DNA of 28,958 nt, taken from contig JBILDU010000033.1 of the NCBI GenBank assembly GCA_044352465.1, positions 1 through 28,958 of the forward strand. The letters run 5' to 3'. The position numbers and the translations under genes were made by a program. Positions 25,953 through 28,958 of this stretch are shown one piece after another (position 1 is the stretch's first letter; the number at the start of each line of letters is the position of its first letter). Below the pieces are notes generated by a model, which searched no databases, was not told the DNA's origin, and saw only the letters and a list, made by a program, of their open reading frames with translations. This DNA comes from Bdellovibrionota bacterium. GTDB lineage: Bacteria; Bdellovibrionota_C; UBA2361.

Positions 25953-28650
25953 GTTCCCCCTCCCGCACCAACTGCCCGAGGTCGTTTAATAGATTGAGCG
26001 CTTCGAGGGGGGTCAGCCGGTTTACATCGACTGTGGCGAGCCGCTTCTCGAGCGCCTTCAACCGCCCGTAGTCCGCCGGCTCTCGAGTCACGGCGACCGC
26101 GGCCGGGGCAAAAAGCGGCAACTGCGGCTGGGCGCGCTTTCGACCGCGCGAGCTCTCCGCCGCGATCCCCTCGGCGAGAAGAGTGCGCGCGCGCTCGAGC
26201 AGAGTCTGCGGAAGACCCGCGAGCTTGGCCACCTCCAGTCCATAGGACTTACTCGCCGCCCCCTTTAAGATCGCATGGGTAAAGACGACCTCACCATCCC
26301 GGTCGACCGAACCGACCGAGAGATTTTCGATCGCCGCATAGCGCTCCTCAAGGGTGGTAAGTTCATGGAAATGGGTCGCAAACAAGGTGCGACACCCAAC
26401 CGCGGTAACGATCCATTCGAGGATCGCTTGCGCCAGGGCAAGACCATCGGTGGTTGCGGTGCCCCGCCCTACCTCGTCGATGAGGACGAGCGACCGCTCG
26501 GTCGCCTGTGCGACGATGTGCGACACCTCGCGCATCTCGACCATAAAGGTCGACTCGCCCTCCGCAAGATTATCCGACGCTCCGATCCGCGCGAATACCC
26601 GATCGACGAGACCGAGGCGTGCCGATTTGGCGGGCACGAAAGAGCCCGCTTGGGCCATAATCGAGAGTATTGCGGCTTGGCGCAGATAGGTCGACTTGCC
26701 CCCCATGTTAGGTCCAGTAATGAGCGCGCACCGCTTCCCCCCGGCCCGAAGATCGAGCGAGTTCGGCACGAAACGCCCCTCGAGCAGCCGCGCGATGACA
26801 GGGTGACGCCCCCCCTCGATCACCAAATCACTCGTCGCGCTCATCACCGGGCGAACCAGGTCCTCACGCTCGGCGAGCTCCGCCAGAGCTACGCCAAGAT
26901 CAAGCTCTGCCAGTACGATCGCCAAGCGCCGCACCTCCGGGACAGCGCCCCGCATCTTCTCCTTCAGTGCGGTAAAAAGCTTTTGCTCAAGCGCCGAGAC
27001 CTTCGCGTCGGCTCCCAAAACCTCGATCTCGAGTTGGCGTAGCTCAGGCGTCGTGAAGCGCTCACCGTTCGCAGTTTGTTGCCGCCGAATGAAATCCTCC
27101 GGCACCCGATCGACGTTCGCTTTCGTTATTTCGATGAAAAAGCCGATGACGTTGTTGTATTTTACCTTAAGCGAATTGATTCCGCTGCGCGCCCGCTCGC
27201 GTCCCTCAAGTTCAGCGATAAACGCGGTGCTGGTCGACTTTACTGAGCGGAGACGATCAAGCTCCGCGTCGTACCCCAGGCGAATCACTCCACCATCGGC
27301 GGGCACCACCGGCGGATCCTCGCTGAGAGCGGTTAAGAGAAGTTCGGGCCACTCTGCTGCCACGGCCAGCCCCCCCTCAAGGGATTCGAGAAGCCCACCG
27401 TTTCCCCCAACGACTTCACTCCGTAGAACCTCACGTAGGCGGGGGAGCTTCAAAAAGGCACTGCGTAATGCTCCCAACTCCCGCGGGGTCACCACCCCGA
27501 GCTCAAGGCGGGCGGCGATACGCTCAAGGTCTGGTAGATACTCCAGGATCTGACGCAACTCGGTACGGGCGGCGGAACGCTCAACAAGTTGGGCAACCGC
27601 ATCGTGGCGAAGCACCACCACATCGAGATTGGCCGCCGGATTTAAAAGCCGGTGCCGGAGGAGTTTTGCCCCTCCCGGCGTAACGGTCAGATTAATCGTG
27701 TGAAAGAGCGAGCCCTCCACCGCGTTGTCGCGAGTTGACCGCACCAACTCGAGATTACGCCGCGTGGTTGCATCAATAGCGACCGTTTCACCGTCGCGTG
27801 CAACCGCGATCTCTCGAATATCGAGGCGTGAGCCGACCGTGACCTCATCGATGTAGTCGATGAGCAGCCGCACCCCCCGCTGCGTAACCGGAGCGATGGT
27901 CACGTAGCCCGGGATCTCTCCGAATCCACGCGGGTCAGAGCGCGAAGCCTCGGTCCGAAATTTGACGAATCCCGAGCCCCCCATTCGCTCGAGCTCGCGA
28001 ACCCAGGTGAGCCGACGATCGACTTTTTTCCCGTCGACGAGATTGGGTAAGACGATCTCGGCCGGCCCCAGGCGAGAGACCTCGGCACAGAGCCGCGGTA
28101 GAAGCACACCTTCGCGCACGTGCACGATACCGGTCTGGACATCGGAATAGGCCAAGGCAAACTCACTCTCCTTGTCGGGATAAACCGCGACAACGACAGC
28201 ACCCGAGGCATCGGTATCAGTAGCATTGTTGAGGAGCCGGATGCCTGGAGTGACGATCCGCTCGAGCTCCCGTTGCACCATCCCCTTCGGGGAAGAACCT
28301 TTGGTAGCCCCTCCCTCAGGGGCGAGCTCGCTCACCTGACGCACGAGCGCCACAGAGAATCCGGCGTTCACCAGCCGCTCGATATACCCCTCGACCGCAC
28401 CGATTGGAACACCACACATCGGTACCGGATCAGGGCTATTTTTATCCCGGGTAGTGAGGGTCAGATTTAAGGTGCGCGATACCGTCACCGCGTCTTGAAA
28501 GAACAGTTCGTAGAAGTCACCCACCTGAAAAAGCAATATGCAATCAGGATACTGCGCTTTGTAGGCCAGGTACTGGGTAAGCATCGGTGGTAGCTTCGCG
28601 CCCTCTCCAGGTGCGGTTACCGCCGATACGGTCTCAAGACTAAAAGTCAT
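25945..28650 (-). CDS. mutS: DNA mismatch repair protein MutS
   Basis: PMLTQY...K, GDFYELF, PMCGVP, TGPNMGGKSTY, STFMVEM, DEVGRGT, FATHFHEL, SYGLEVA, LTPLEAL; ATG at 28650 preferred over the upstream TTG. Confidence 0.98.
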   Translation of the reverse strand: MTFSLETVSAVTAPGEGAKLPPMLTQYLAYKAQYPDCILLFQVGDFYELFFQDAVTVSRTLNLTLTTRDKNSPDPVPMCGVPIGAVEGYIERLVNAGFSVALVRQVSELAPEGGATKGSSPKGMVQRELERIVTPGIRLLNNATDTDASGAVVVAVYPDKESEFALAYSDVQTGIVHVREGVLLPRLCAEVSRLGPAEIVLPNLVDGKKVDRRLTWVRELERMGGSGFVKFRTEASRSDPRGFGEIPGYVTIAPVTQRGVRLLIDYIDEVTVGSRLDIREIAVARDGETVAIDATTRRNLELVRSTRDNAVEGSLFHTINLTVTPGGAKLLRHRLLNPAANLDVVVLRHDAVAQLVERSAARTELRQILEYLPDLERIAARLELGVVTPRELGALRSAFLKLPRLREVLRSEVVGGNGGLLESLEGGLAVAAEWPELLLTALSEDPPVVPADGGVIRLGYDAELDRLRSVKSTSTAFIAELEGRERARSGINSLKVKYNNVIGFFIEITKANVDRVPEDFIRRQQTANGERFTTPELRQLEIEVLGADAKVSALEQKLFTALKEKMRGAVPEVRRLAIVLAELDLGVALAELAEREDLVRPVMSATSDLVIEGGRHPVIARLLEGRFVPNSLDLRAGGKRCALITGPNMGGKSTYLRQAAILSIMAQAGSFVPAKSARLGLVDRVFARIGASDNLAEGESTFMVEMREVSHIVAQATERSLVLIDEVGRGTATTDGLALAQAILEWIVTAVGCRTLFATHFHELTTLEERYAAIENLSVGSVDRDGEVVFTHAILKGAASKSYGLEVAKLAGLPQTLLERARTLLAEGIAAESSRGRKRAQPQLPLFAPAAVAVTREPADYGRLKALEKRLATVDVNRLTPLEALNLLNDLGQLVREGERA

Positions 28651-28829
28651 AGGGCTGCGCAATCGAGAAACAACTAGAGAAAGCGTCGTCAAAACGGCTA
28701 CTTAGGCCCATTATTGCGACCTCTTGCCAGTGTACAAACATACACCTTCAAATAAAATAGAATTTAGCTGAAATTTTCTCCTGAACCGCTTCCCCCACGC
28801 CCCCCTGCGGAGATACTTTAAGGTTCCTT

Positions 28830-28958
28830 ATGAGCGCCCCAACACCACCCGCCGCGAACGCCCCAACCGGCGTCAAACAGATACTCCTTCTCGACGATGA
28901 ACCCTCCGTACTTTTCGCTTTAAAGCTGCTCCTCCAAGCGTTTGGGTTTACGGTGAAG
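28830..28958 (+). CDS. Response regulator receiver protein, N-terminal fragment (truncated by the window edge)
   Basis: Manual translation MSAPTPPAANAPTGVKQILLLDDEPSVLFALKLLLQAFGFTVK matches receiver beta1-DD-alpha1. Confidence 0.8.
   Translation, partial: MSAPTPPAANAPTGVKQILLLDDEPSVLFALKLLLQAFGFTVK

Noticed and set aside
23812..27553. Plus-strand ORFs of 166-305 aa
   Set aside because: Antisense shadows of cca, the amidase and mutS, with no independent motifs.

Overview
This is a GC-rich bacterial chromosomal window of core genes. The gene content and the mutS-amidase-cca-argS-SPOR order suggest a deltaproteobacteria/Bdellovibrionota-like organism, which is an inference only. In order it carries: two tandem short flagellins with a divergent GT2-TPR glycosyltransferase, a glycine-zipper lipoprotein, a FadI-type thiolase, an SPL-family radical-SAM-fold protein, trxA, a tandem HU-like + SUFU fusion, an atypical receiver protein, prmA, an MDR-family oxidoreductase, small beta-sandwich proteins, glpD, purD, purH, a membrane PP2C phosphatase, an overlapping five-gene run (mutS, amidase, tRNA nucleotidyltransferase, ArgRS-like, SPOR) and the start of a response regulator. 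I saw no rRNA, tRNA, CRISPR array or transposase. The most unusual signals are: (1) an intact ORF in the argS position that keeps the ArgRS tRNA-binding domains but has lost the HIGH/KMSKS motifs and is coupled to a minimal CCA/A-adding enzyme; (2) a radical-SAM homolog with no CxxxCxxC motif, a clamp-like C-terminus, a sigma28-like promoter and a repeat-derived uORF; (3) the 2xHU-SUFU fusion; (4) conserved structured flagellin leaders with CsrA-type AGGA loops and variant sigma28 promoters; (5) an inverted pair of CTAG-bounded ~60-bp hairpin elements. All family calls come from motif recognition by eye, not database searches.
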